From assembly GCA_002811645.1 (NCBI GenBank), contig PDIP01000044.1:1-64000 (forward strand): DNA of 64,000 nucleotides, written 5' to 3'. This document shows, in pieces, positions 32,700-42,358 of this stretch; the stretch's first letter is position 1, and the number at the start of each line of letters is the position of its first letter. The notes beneath the pieces are model-generated. The model saw only the letters and a program-made list of their open reading frames with translations, was not told the DNA's origin and made no database searches. Source of the DNA: Corallochytrium limacisporum Hawaii (taxonomy: Eukaryota > Protista > Pluriformea). The translations under genes were made by a program, and so were the position numbers.

Positions 32700-33642
32700 C
32701 AGGCAGAGCGTCCTGTACTTTACCAAAGCCGCCAATATTTTCATCCTGGGTGGTCAGGAGGAATGACGAGTTCGCCTTCGCGTCGGGCATGTCACCAAAT
32801 CCCATGATCTCAAGGGTTCCACCGATCCAGAAACTGTAGCAAGTGTCTGGAGGCTTATTTGTGCGGCCGCAAAAGCCGCTAATCTGTTTGCTTACCGTCC
32901 AATGTAGGAGCTGCTGTCGTCCTTCCTCACCTAGTACGTCGTCCTTGGCAGGCTTTGTCGATCCTTCCACAGGTAGGGCGTCGAGTAGGTACAGGGCTGC
33001 AGCAGCACAAAAGGTAGTTCCTCCGTGAGCCTCGGATCCGATTGTCTGTCCGAAGCCCCCTTCGTATGTTTGACATTTCTTGATGAATTCGAGAACCTTA
33101 TCCCTGTCGATGCCGCTGAAATCGTCAATGAGGGCAGCTGTGGCACACGCGCAATATACAAATCGCAAGTCTTGCTCTGCTCCACCTCCACAGGCCATGA
33201 AGCAGCCATTTTCCTGTTGCAGTGTTTTCAAAAGCTTAACACATCCACTGCGGTTCACCCGACTTAAATCGTCACCAAGGATTCTCAGACATAGTAACGC
33301 ACAGTATGTCATGGCCAAGTGGCCAGAGTCCCGCGGCCCCGTTGATCCGTCGCCGGTGTATCCCAAGTATGGTGAACCCCTGAATCCACCGCCATATTCT
33401 GCATCTTCTGGCACCTGACATGAATAGATCCAGTCTACGATCTCCTGTGTTGACTTTGATTTGTGACGGATCGGTTCATCCATGATACTGAGACCGGATA
33501 GGGCAAAGAAGAGAGCGTTGAGGCGGATGTTGTCAAGTGACAAATACGGTTGCGGAAGGCCATGTAAATGGGCCATGAAGTATTTGAAATGCTTGGGTCT
33601 GACAAACCCAAAAGGGTCCGATTCTGCCCGGCTCGTCGCCAT
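32700..33642 (-). CDS. PGGT1B: Geranylgeranyltransferase type I beta, exon 1
   Basis: GGFRGS, HLAMTYCAL...LGDDLSRVNR, DLRFVYCA, EAHGGTTFCA, GRTNKPPDTCYSFWIG, GGFGK. Confidence 0.95.
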
Positions 33643-34156
33643 ATCTATGCTCTAATTTGACACCCCGATTCCATAACATAAAGACTGTTACATATCCTGT
33701 ATTCATTGCCAGGGTTCTCTAGTTCTCAAAAAATAGCAGCACACTATCTGGCATTCGTTGATAAACCTTGAGTCTCCCTCTAAGAGTCCGTACTGGGTAA
33801 AGGTCCCCTTACCGGAACCTTGAAGCCAAATGCCACAACAGCCGCTGTTTGGTGGCGCCTCCCAGCCAACCCCCTTCCCGCAGGGGAGGGGGGGGCGATT
33901 CTACGCGTTGGCCACTGTGACCTTGGCCCACCGCAGTGAGGGGATGGGTGCTTTGGTGTTCGTATTTGCACGTAGCATCACAGAGCAGGCTCGACAGGAA
34001 AGGTCCTTGAAACTGAAACAGCCACTGTGCACACTCCTTCGTGACCAACTAAGAAATATTTTGCTTGAATGTTGTTGTTGGGACGGCTGGACATGCTGTA
34101 ATCAAGATGGTGTCTTGAATCGAAAGGCGTGGTAGTATAGGAGAATTCCAGGAATA

Positions 34157-35422
34157 ATGTCAGAAGATGTACGGCAACGCACGCGCACAGCGGTGCGAAA
34201 CCTTTACAGAGCCCGTAAAACTCCAGGAACGCATGTTCAGACAGTCTCTTTGCGACACAGTCGTATGCTTCAGGCAAGCGATCCTAATGCGCGAGGAAAG
34301 GCAGCGTTGAGGTTACACACGGCCATGTTAGACCTGCTGCGAGAATTGGACAAGGAAAGCCAAACCATCCTTCGTGTTCGCAATTTAATTGAAGAAGTTG
34401 GTGCTGGCACCGATCAGGAACATGCACAACCGGTCAAAGGACGGGAGAAGAAGCTACGAACTTTTCGAGAGTCAGTACCGGACGTAGATATGCCAATTCC
34501 AAAGCACCTTGGAACACGTGGCCAGGCAGCCCGAGATATAGCAGCCAGGGCCCTGCCCATTTTTTCGGCGGACAAGATCCCTGCGGACTTGGGCCTTGGC
34601 AGTGGTGGGCCAGTCAACTGCAAAGGACTGGGAAATATACCGCCGTTGGTCGGTGCTAAGCCTGCACCGCCGTCGTATCGCATGGTACCCGGGGCGTTGG
34701 TGGCAGCGCGCGTCAACTTGAGCGAGGACGGGGCGGAAAGCGGAGCCAATCCCGCTGAGGAAGAATGGATTCTGGCATATATCACCAGCCGAAAAGTCGC
34801 CTCCGGACCAAGTGCTGAGTCATCGTCCACAATGGCGACACCACGGCATGTCACCGAGACGTTAAGTACAGGTTCTGGAGACAGCCAGGCACCAGCAACA
34901 GAAGTCTGGTACGAGGTCGAAGACATCTATGCTTCAGCAGACGTCGCGGCCGCCGCCGACCGTCAGCTACACAATGCCATGGTCGCGGGCACTGGCGATA
35001 CTGACGAAGCACTCATCGCCTCCCTGCGGGGATCGGAGGGCCGAGGCACTGACATGGACGACAGCGTCGGGCCGATGTCAAAGCTAGACAACCCAACGAA
35101 TGCATTGACACTGAGCGCCCACGGCCAGCCTACCACCCGACACTGGGTCCGTGGGTCGCTGGTAGTACCCTTGCCCCTCTGGGACGCCCTGCCGGAGCAC
35201 GAAGTGTACTTCCAACCGGGGGCCCATGTGCATGCTTTATACCCGCGGACCACAGCATTCTACCAGGCCACAGTGGTCGCGACACCAGACTGGGAGCATA
35301 ACGGCTATCGGCTGACCTTTATGGGTGACGAGGATGTGGACGGATTGCTGCCATTGCGATCACTTCCGCAAAAATTTGTCATGCGCAGCTCAGATCCGAC
35401 TGCGTACGAGGATATGACATAA
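34157..35422 (+). CDS. SGF29: SAGA-associated factor 29 (tandem Tudor H3K4me reader)
   Basis: IPPLVGA, VAARV...EEWILA...YEVEDI, VVPLPLW, VHALYPRTTAFYQATV, YRLTF. Confidence 0.88.
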   Translation: MSEDVRQRTRTAVRNLYRARKTPGTHVQTVSLRHSRMLQASDPNARGKAALRLHTAMLDLLRELDKESQTILRVRNLIEEVGAGTDQEHAQPVKGREKKLRTFRESVPDVDMPIPKHLGTRGQAARDIAARALPIFSADKIPADLGLGSGGPVNCKGLGNIPPLVGAKPAPPSYRMVPGALVAARVNLSEDGAESGANPAEEEWILAYITSRKVASGPSAESSSTMATPRHVTETLSTGSGDSQAPATEVWYEVEDIYASADVAAAADRQLHNAMVAGTGDTDEALIASLRGSEGRGTDMDDSVGPMSKLDNPTNALTLSAHGQPTTRHWVRGSLVVPLPLWDALPEHEVYFQPGAHVHALYPRTTAFYQATVVATPDWEHNGYRLTFMGDEDVDGLLPLRSLPQKFVMRSSDPTAYEDMT

Positions 35423-35492
35423 GGTGTTACTGTGGATCGTTATCACTAGTGTATTGGTCGAAATGCAATTCAGATTTCACAAATACAGAGAC

Positions 35493-36869
35493 TCAAGTTC
35501 TGAAGACTGTTTCAATTTTTCGTTGCGTCTGCTGACAGAGTTCTAGAGCCTGCGTAAAGTTATCAAGAATGGTTCCTAACATGCCGAATCCGTGCTCGAC
35601 TTCGAGACAGTCGATGACTTTCACACACTGGCCTCTACGGTACCCGTAGTGGCCAATTTCGTTCGTGGCTTTAAGCATCCCTTGCTGTAATTTGGCCTGG
35701 CTCACACCCGAACCGACAGCCTGAAGGAGCATGAAGCTCACAACCAGGTTTGTGTGGTCAACTCGGAAGTCCACCAAGATCTCTGGCGGCAATGGCGGGC
35801 TCATGGCCAAATTGCGGTCGACTAGTTCATCAATAGAGTAGCTAATAGGCAGGACCAGCCTCTCCCGAAGCTTCATGATGCGGTCACTCACCATCTCTAA
35901 GTCAGCCATGACTCGAGCACGGCAGTGGCGGAGATCTTCGTTGGTCAACGCCTGCGCCGCGGCGTCACAGTCCTCTGCGACATCCATGGTAGGCTCCGGG
36001 TTCGACAGTTTGCGTTCGTGAAATCCGGGCGGTGGCTGTGGCGAACTGACGCTTGCAAGTGAGCCAGGTGTGTCCTTGATAAGTCCACTGGAGCGACGAA
36101 TGGCTTGTGCTAGAATCTTCGACGCATCTCCGGCCTCCCGGACACACTGTAGTGCACTATGCGCGTAGTTCCGCGCATTCTGCAGACGAGGCAAAATCCA
36201 GGGCAAGGTCTCCTGGATTGAAGTGCGGAAGAATTCTTGTGCTGAATGAATGGTCGGTGGCGGCTGTGGAGGAGCTGGTGCCGGGGTGCTCACAGACGCT
36301 GCGGTGGAGTTCGATGCCGTGGAAGCGCGTGTGGTGCTGCCCGTGCTAGGTGTTGCCGATGTCCGCAATTGTGGCGACGGCAAATCGTCGAAGGGGTTAC
36401 CGATTCCCGGAGAATGATGCCCTGACCCAGGAGTCGACCGTGGTTTCAACCGTGCCCCCAACTGGGGGCCTAAAGCAAGCGTCTGCGTGGGCGACGGTGG
36501 CGCGGGGCTTAGATCCTTCGCAGTGATTCCATTAAAGCGAAAACGCAAATCTGCGTGGACAATTTCATAGCCATCGATTGTAATTTGTCCCCGCAAGCTG
36601 TCAGACTGAGTCATAGGTACAATGTGTGTCACAGAGTCCGGGTCAGGAATATTGTGGTGCGTATGGTGTCTCGTCTTGGGCGTCAGTCTTGTCGCGTTTT
36701 CGTCCAAACAGCGTTCCAGAATTTTGTACACCCGTGGGATCTCCCAAAGAATTAACCATGCCGCCTCTTTGCGCTGTGTTTCATCCTCCAGCTGTACTGA
36801 TTCCGGATCATTGGCCTCCGGCACGGGTGTATCCGGCTGCGGAGGTTTTATGACAATGGGTGCCACCAT
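35493..36869 (-). CDS. ROGDI: Rogdi / RAVE-complex Rav2 homolog
   Basis: EAAWLILWEI, LRGQITIDG...ADL, PWILPRLQNARNY, ERLVLP, PPLPPEILVDF, LELCQQTQRKI are collinear with ROGDI as recalled, with low-complexity inserts. Confidence 0.8.
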   Translation of the reverse strand: MVAPIVIKPPQPDTPVPEANDPESVQLEDETQRKEAAWLILWEIPRVYKILERCLDENATRLTPKTRHHTHHNIPDPDSVTHIVPMTQSDSLRGQITIDGYEIVHADLRFRFNGITAKDLSPAPPSPTQTLALGPQLGARLKPRSTPGSGHHSPGIGNPFDDLPSPQLRTSATPSTGSTTRASTASNSTAASVSTPAPAPPQPPPTIHSAQEFFRTSIQETLPWILPRLQNARNYAHSALQCVREAGDASKILAQAIRRSSGLIKDTPGSLASVSSPQPPPGFHERKLSNPEPTMDVAEDCDAAAQALTNEDLRHCRARVMADLEMVSDRIMKLRERLVLPISYSIDELVDRNLAMSPPLPPEILVDFRVDHTNLVVSFMLLQAVGSGVSQAKLQQGMLKATNEIGHYGYRRGQCVKVIDCLEVEHGFGMLGTILDNFTQALELCQQTQRKIETVFRT

Positions 36870-38858
36870 GGTGTTCCTTATTGGATTATGTATCGTGGAC
36901 AGTCGGTTAGGTTATCACATACTGGTATAATGAGCACAGTTTCCTTTTGACTGGTCTTCGTGGTATTACATTCTCTCCGCCAGGTGGTCCTGCGACGAAC
37001 ACTTTTGGCATGCCCACACTTCCTGTGTTTCTTCTTAAGTAGCAACAGGAGGCCACCCAAACAATGACCCGAGGTTTCCTACCCGACTCCCCGTCGTTCG
37101 CTTGAGCGGAGGAAAATCAAATCAAATAATATTCAAGAATCTGCATGTAAATGCATTTGCGAGCTCACTTGTACTCTAGCGGAATCAAAAACTATTACAA
37201 TTCAATGACTACGCGCGCATAGTAAATCTGAGATTTTATATATCAGTTATACTAAATCAAATAGACTCCTACCGGTGTCGGACGGATGAGCAAAGCACTA
37301 AAAGCACCTCAAAACGGGGCGGTCGTGTACACAAAGGTTAATAAGGGTTTCGGTACCCAAAAAAAAAGGGAGGGGGGAGGGGGTTGGAGAAGGGAGGACC
37401 TGCGTAAGATATCTCGAGGGTCCCTAGAACAGTTTGCGATGAAATCCCGTCATCGCAGAAGGGTCCCCTGCTTGGTGGTGGTGTCGGTCGATCTCCCGGA
37501 AACATGTTTCATTTTTCAGAGGGCCTTGGATGCCGGTGCACGCCTCGGGTCGTGCTAGTTTCCATACTGGCTCTGTGAGCAAATTCCTTGAAGGAGCACG
37601 GACACATCTTCGTTCGAAAGTGGGACCATCAGCAGACCCCCCCCTTTTCATCCAGAGCATGAGTGTGACGAGCCTTTCAAAATTAAGATTGTGTGCCAAA
37701 CGTGAGGTTTGCGCATACTCACTGACCTGCCTTCTCTCACACGCATTGGACAGTACGGCACAAACAAAACCTCACCTCACACACGTACACAAAGCGCGTC
37801 ATAGTTTTTACTTTCTGCTGGCCGCAGCCATACCTTGCTCTGTCAACGTGGAAGCCCAACTGGCCGACCGTTTGCTGCGCACACGACCGAGACGATCGGT
37901 CGTATAGGCGTTGTTATTGCATACCTGGGCGTGGACGAAGGTCGGGTAAACCAAGTTCTCAGGGTTTGTCCGGGTTGTGCACTTGAATTCGTTTGTGGCG
38001 AACGGATGCTAGTCGAAAACTAGGTATCAGAAGCCACAGGATGTGATGTTCCTTCGAACCGACAACCAGCCCAGACGAACATGTACACAATACGCACAAT
38101 ACAACGGTCAAGCCCGTATTCGAGTGTCACCACCAGGTATCTATCCATCGCCGCGGTGTTGTTGTCTGTGCTTGGATCATGCCTGTCTGAAGGAAAGATT
38201 AAGGAGTGGCAGATGTCCACCAACACCAAGCTGCATGCCCAGTTGCTCAGTGGCTTGTCAAATCCAGACCCTTTAGAAACTCGAGGTGCGCTCGCCACCC
38301 ACTCGCACTCACTCCGCCAGTAGCGAGTGGAGAGAGCGACCGAGCGGGGCAGCCAAAGGCGGCTAATGCTGGTAGTATGACCGAAGAGACCTGGGGGGGG
38401 GAGCGGCGGGACGGGAGGGGAGTGTACGGGGTTGCGTGCGTAGGCGGTGCTCGGAGGAGAGAGAGCCGTCGTCAAAAGAGCCGAAATGTTAGTCTGAGAA
38501 GGGGGAGGATTAAAATTTGGGCGACGAATGGAAAATGGGGGGCCCAGAGGAATGGGATGAGCCACTGCTCTGCTTTGTGCACCAGGGGAGGAGGGGGGGG
38601 GGGTTGGGGGAACCCACAAAGGAAGGCAAGGAAAGGGAAGGAAAAGAAGAGTGTCTGGGCGCCGGGCAGTGCAGCATAGCACTTGTAGCGGGCCATTGAG
38701 GAGACTTATGGTTCCTTCTTGTCCTGCTCTTCTCTCAAGGGTACTTAAGGTTGGACAGACTCGTTTGCCATGAGTTAGAGGTGAGGAGCTTTAGAAAACA
38801 ACTTGTTTCCGTTACTTCCATATTCAAGCAGAGCAGAACGAATTGAAGAGAACAAATC

Positions 38859-40265
38859 ATGTCACGGACCGGTAGAGCGGCACGGGCGTCCGAGGACCCG
38901 ACTGATCATAAGTACATTCTCTATGGTGGCCAATTCAGTCCATTCCTGCACAAACTGCGCCCTGCCCTGTCTCGCGCAGGCCTGCCTTACAAAAAGGCCC
39001 CAAATATTGATGGAAACATTACGTATGGGGAGCTGGACAGCGCTCACAAACGCGTGCAGGCGATGAAGAAGAAGAACAAGCCGGACGTGCCGGAGAATTG
39101 GATTCCGGACATGGATGAGTTCCCGCTTGCTCCGTACCTCCTCAGAGATGACGGCATGGACCTCGTTGATTCGACGGCTATCATTCACTGGGCGGACAAA
39201 ACATTCGACAGTTCTATGGTCCCGAGGGTACCCGACGCCGGCCGAAGTCGACACTACTCCGAGGCTCTGCGCTGGGTCGCGATGTGCCTTGAGGAGTTGC
39301 CTGACGAATGGGGCCAGTGCCTTGCTCTACACCAACGCTGGGTCTACTCTGGGGACACAGTCTTTGCTGGTGAAGGCATTGTCGAAGAAATTGCGGCAGG
39401 ATTCGGGCTGCCGACCTATGCAATTAGTCCGCACAATCCCACCATCCAAGACAGTCGACAGCTTCCTGGCTGGCGCGGATGGTTTGCTTCGGCAGTCTCG
39501 ATAGTCCTTCTTCCCGTAATGTGGCTGTTGGTCTACTTGTTCGACCGTCGACAGATCACCCGGCTGCCCTACCATAACAGTTTCGCACCAAAAGGTTTCA
39601 AGCCTCTAAAGGCAGGGCGACCTGCGCCACCGTCTTGGGAGGACGAGGGTTTCCCTCCTACACATAAAATGCTCGAGGATGGCTACCTCGGGTTCTGTCA
39701 GGGTGTCGAGGATGCTTTAACCTCAGATGGTCGTCCATTCATCATGGGCCAGCGATTCACAATCGTGGATGCCAGCTGCTTTGGCGTGCTGTACATGAAG
39801 CACTTCAGCGACGTGCGGACGCGCAAGGACATGGTGGAACGATACCCGAAGCTGTGCCAATGGATCGATCGGGTGGAGACCCTGACGGAGAAGCGAGATC
39901 GCTTCGATGCCGGCTGGGGACCCGATGATGGACAGTTGAACATGGACGGACTGCAGTCATTAATGAGAGAGAACACTGAATGTCAGTTCCCGCTGATCTT
40001 TACACAGGTCAAGGAGTACGAGAAGTACAGGGCTCAGGGACAGACACTTTTCAACGAAGCGGCCCTCAACAAACGCGAAGCGCTCTACTACGGCGAGATT
40101 CGCGGCCACAGGTACCGCCATGTCGTAAAGACGTTCCAGGTGAAGGTTGCTTATCGTCTTCGTGATCAATGGGAGGAGCTCAGTGATGGAGCCCGAACCC
40201 TGATTAAGGACAAGTTTGGCGATCCCTGGCGTTGCGTCGATCCGGCTGTGCAGCCCAGGGTCTAA
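38859..40265 (+). CDS. Glutathione S-transferase-like protein, bacterial-type large family
   Basis: N-terminal LYGGQFSPFLHKL, P-x-x-P-Y-L...DSTAIIHWAD, DEWG...HQRW; GST C-domain PFIMGQRFTIVDASCFG...YPKLCQWIDRV. Confidence 0.8.
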   Translation: MSRTGRAARASEDPTDHKYILYGGQFSPFLHKLRPALSRAGLPYKKAPNIDGNITYGELDSAHKRVQAMKKKNKPDVPENWIPDMDEFPLAPYLLRDDGMDLVDSTAIIHWADKTFDSSMVPRVPDAGRSRHYSEALRWVAMCLEELPDEWGQCLALHQRWVYSGDTVFAGEGIVEEIAAGFGLPTYAISPHNPTIQDSRQLPGWRGWFASAVSIVLLPVMWLLVYLFDRRQITRLPYHNSFAPKGFKPLKAGRPAPPSWEDEGFPPTHKMLEDGYLGFCQGVEDALTSDGRPFIMGQRFTIVDASCFGVLYMKHFSDVRTRKDMVERYPKLCQWIDRVETLTEKRDRFDAGWGPDDGQLNMDGLQSLMRENTECQFPLIFTQVKEYEKYRAQGQTLFNEAALNKREALYYGEIRGHRYRHVVKTFQVKVAYRLRDQWEELSDGARTLIKDKFGDPWRCVDPAVQPRV

Positions 40266-40480
40266 TCGACCGCTGGAGATGAGCGTAACAACCGAAATAA
40301 ACCCACCAGTGTGTTGTCATGAAAAGAGCAATGAATAGTATGTAATGGCATGTTGTAATTCTGTTTTGAAATCGTCGAGTAAAAAGAAGGAAAGGAGTTT
40401 TCGTGGGTTTTGGGCTTGAACCATACTTTTTTCTCTTTTTGTCTTGTGCTCTATCTTTGTTTTTCCGATATTACCAGTGA

Positions 40481-42358
40481 TCAGCTTATGGTCAGCTTGG
40501 AAATATCCACACAAGGTTCAGCGTTGTACTTTGTGACTGTCTTGACTGCCCGGCGAATCATTTCGTTGAATACTTGTTGCACGCGGGCCCCCGACAGCAA
40601 CGTGAACCCGTAGGCATGGCTCACCAAAATGCGGTTCTGTCCCACCGAAGAGGCGCGCACCTTGCGTTCAAAGACAAACGCTTGACCATCAGGACTCTTG
40701 GCAACGTGGATGCCCGTGTACACCTCACCGTTGGAGATGACTTTCTCCATGGCCTGATTAATAAGAATCACGGCATCACGTGGAATGCGGTAACTGGCCA
40801 CCATGGCACTGGCTGGCTTCCCAATCAGCTCTGCGGCCGGCACGCAGAAGACCGTGGTCCACATCTGATCAACGTAGCCAATGCGGGTCGAGCTGGGAAT
40901 CTCACTATTCTCGTCGTACGTCAGTTCAATGACCGCAGTCGCGACAAGACCCTCGGCCTCTTCCTTTCCAATGGACTTGAGCAGCGGGTCGCGACGCTTG
41001 AAACTGTCCAAACGTTCCTCGGCACGTACTACGCTGCCCGGTCGGTGAGGCACCAAATTACTGGCTGTTTTAGATCCTGGTGGTCCCGTGCGCATACCTT
41101 TCTGTTGCATCTGCACATGCTGCAGCTTAGCCTTGGTTTCTTCCAGCTCCTTGCGCAGTTCAGTGATCAGTGCGGCCGCCGCGGTGACCATCTGTGCCTT
41201 GGAAGGTGGTCCCTTGGTGTCCAGCTCAGGGAGTACGGCCTGTAGCTCATTGAAGGCTTCCTTAAGACGATGTCGACTGCGAGCCTCGGCTGCCTTGTGA
41301 GCTTCGTTGCGATTGAATTCAATAGTGGCCTGATCCAGTTCCTCACCATCCTTGCCCCGCTTTGTGTTCTTCTTGATGACGCCAGTGCTCTTGCGACTCG
41401 ATGTCTCGTCGGACGGCGAGTTCTTCAGTTTGCTCTTACTGTCAGCGGTTTCACTCTCCGGCGACTTGGACCCCGCCTTACGAAGGAAATTGGGCACGCG
41501 GCTGAACGGATGGAAGCGTTTGGACTTGCTCGCGCCCGCGTCACTATCGGCCATCATTACATCGCTGGTACTCTCGCCCATGTTACCAGCCCCGCGTGGA
41601 GATGCACCTTGCATCTGTGCTTTCAATCCTTTCATGGGACCACCGGCACCGGAGGTGTCCATACCTCCTGCACCGTGCATGTGCCCGGGGTGCAACGCAC
41701 GGCCGCGATCCACGTCAAACTCGGGCAGATCCAGGTTCTCCCAGAGCAAGGCCAGATCATCCGCTTCCCCGAGGTAGTCCTGCTGCTGTCCTTCTCCGCC
41801 GGCAGCTCCACCAGCGCCGCCGTTCATGGAACCATTACCACCACCCTGAGCGAAGGGTTTATGGAACATTTCGTTGTCCACGGGACCGGCAGAGCCGTCT
41901 GCACTTGGCGAGGCATCGCCCAGAGTGTTCATGAGGTCCTCCAAGTGCGCACTCACATTGGCGTAGCCTGCACGGGCAGATGCGGGCGGGGCCAGCAGCG
42001 ACATCAGTGCAGGATCCTGGTTACGCATCTCTGCCCCGCTGGCAAAGATGGACTTGGTCGAAGCCGGACGTTGTGGCTTAAAGTACTCACCGTTGCCTCG
42101 GGTGACAATAATGACACTGTTCGGCATGCAGTAGTGCAAGTTGTCGATTTCCTGACCCTGTGAAGTGTACAGCTTCGGAGGCAACATAAAATCAGTTGCT
42201 GGTCCCATTTCTCCGTAGACCAAGCGGTACATTTCCATAGCCACTTCGTTCAAATCCCGGTTCGGATCGACACTGTAGTCGATAGCTACGCCTGTACCCA
42301 ATGGCAAGGGCACATTGGGATACAGTCTCACGGGGACACCACCCGGCACACCGTTCAT
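40481..42358 (-). CDS. bHLH-leucine-zipper transcription factor (Max/Mlx-like) with an N-terminal DCX/ubiquitin-like domain and a C-terminal PAS-like domain
   Basis: bHLH-Zip EAHKAAEARSRHRLKEAFNELQAVLP...SKAQMVTAAAALITELRKELEETKAKL; N-terminal KLYTSQGQEIDNL...IIVTRGNGEYF; C-terminal IGYVDQMWTTVF...ELIGK...GEVYTG...KSPDGQAF. Confidence 0.8.
   Translation of the reverse strand: MNGVPGGVPVRLYPNVPLPLGTGVAIDYSVDPNRDLNEVAMEMYRLVYGEMGPATDFMLPPKLYTSQGQEIDNLHYCMPNSVIIVTRGNGEYFKPQRPASTKSIFASGAEMRNQDPALMSLLAPPASARAGYANVSAHLEDLMNTLGDASPSADGSAGPVDNEMFHKPFAQGGGNGSMNGGAGGAAGGEGQQQDYLGEADDLALLWENLDLPEFDVDRGRALHPGHMHGAGGMDTSGAGGPMKGLKAQMQGASPRGAGNMGESTSDVMMADSDAGASKSKRFHPFSRVPNFLRKAGSKSPESETADSKSKLKNSPSDETSSRKSTGVIKKNTKRGKDGEELDQATIEFNRNEAHKAAEARSRHRLKEAFNELQAVLPELDTKGPPSKAQMVTAAAALITELRKELEETKAKLQHVQMQQKGMRTGPPGSKTASNLVPHRPGSVVRAEERLDSFKRRDPLLKSIGKEEAEGLVATAVIELTYDENSEIPSSTRIGYVDQMWTTVFCVPAAELIGKPASAMVASYRIPRDAVILINQAMEKVISNGEVYTGIHVAKSPDGQAFVFERKVRASSVGQNRILVSHAYGFTLLSGARVQQVFNEMIRRAVKTVTKYNAEPCVDISKLTIS

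Noticed and set aside
32692-32706. ATACTTACCAGGCAG resembling the U1 snRNA 5' end, and GCACATATAC..AAAAT at 32521 resembling U6
   Set aside because: These are the reverse complements of the PGGT1B donor site and exon 2; the rest of U1/U6 is absent
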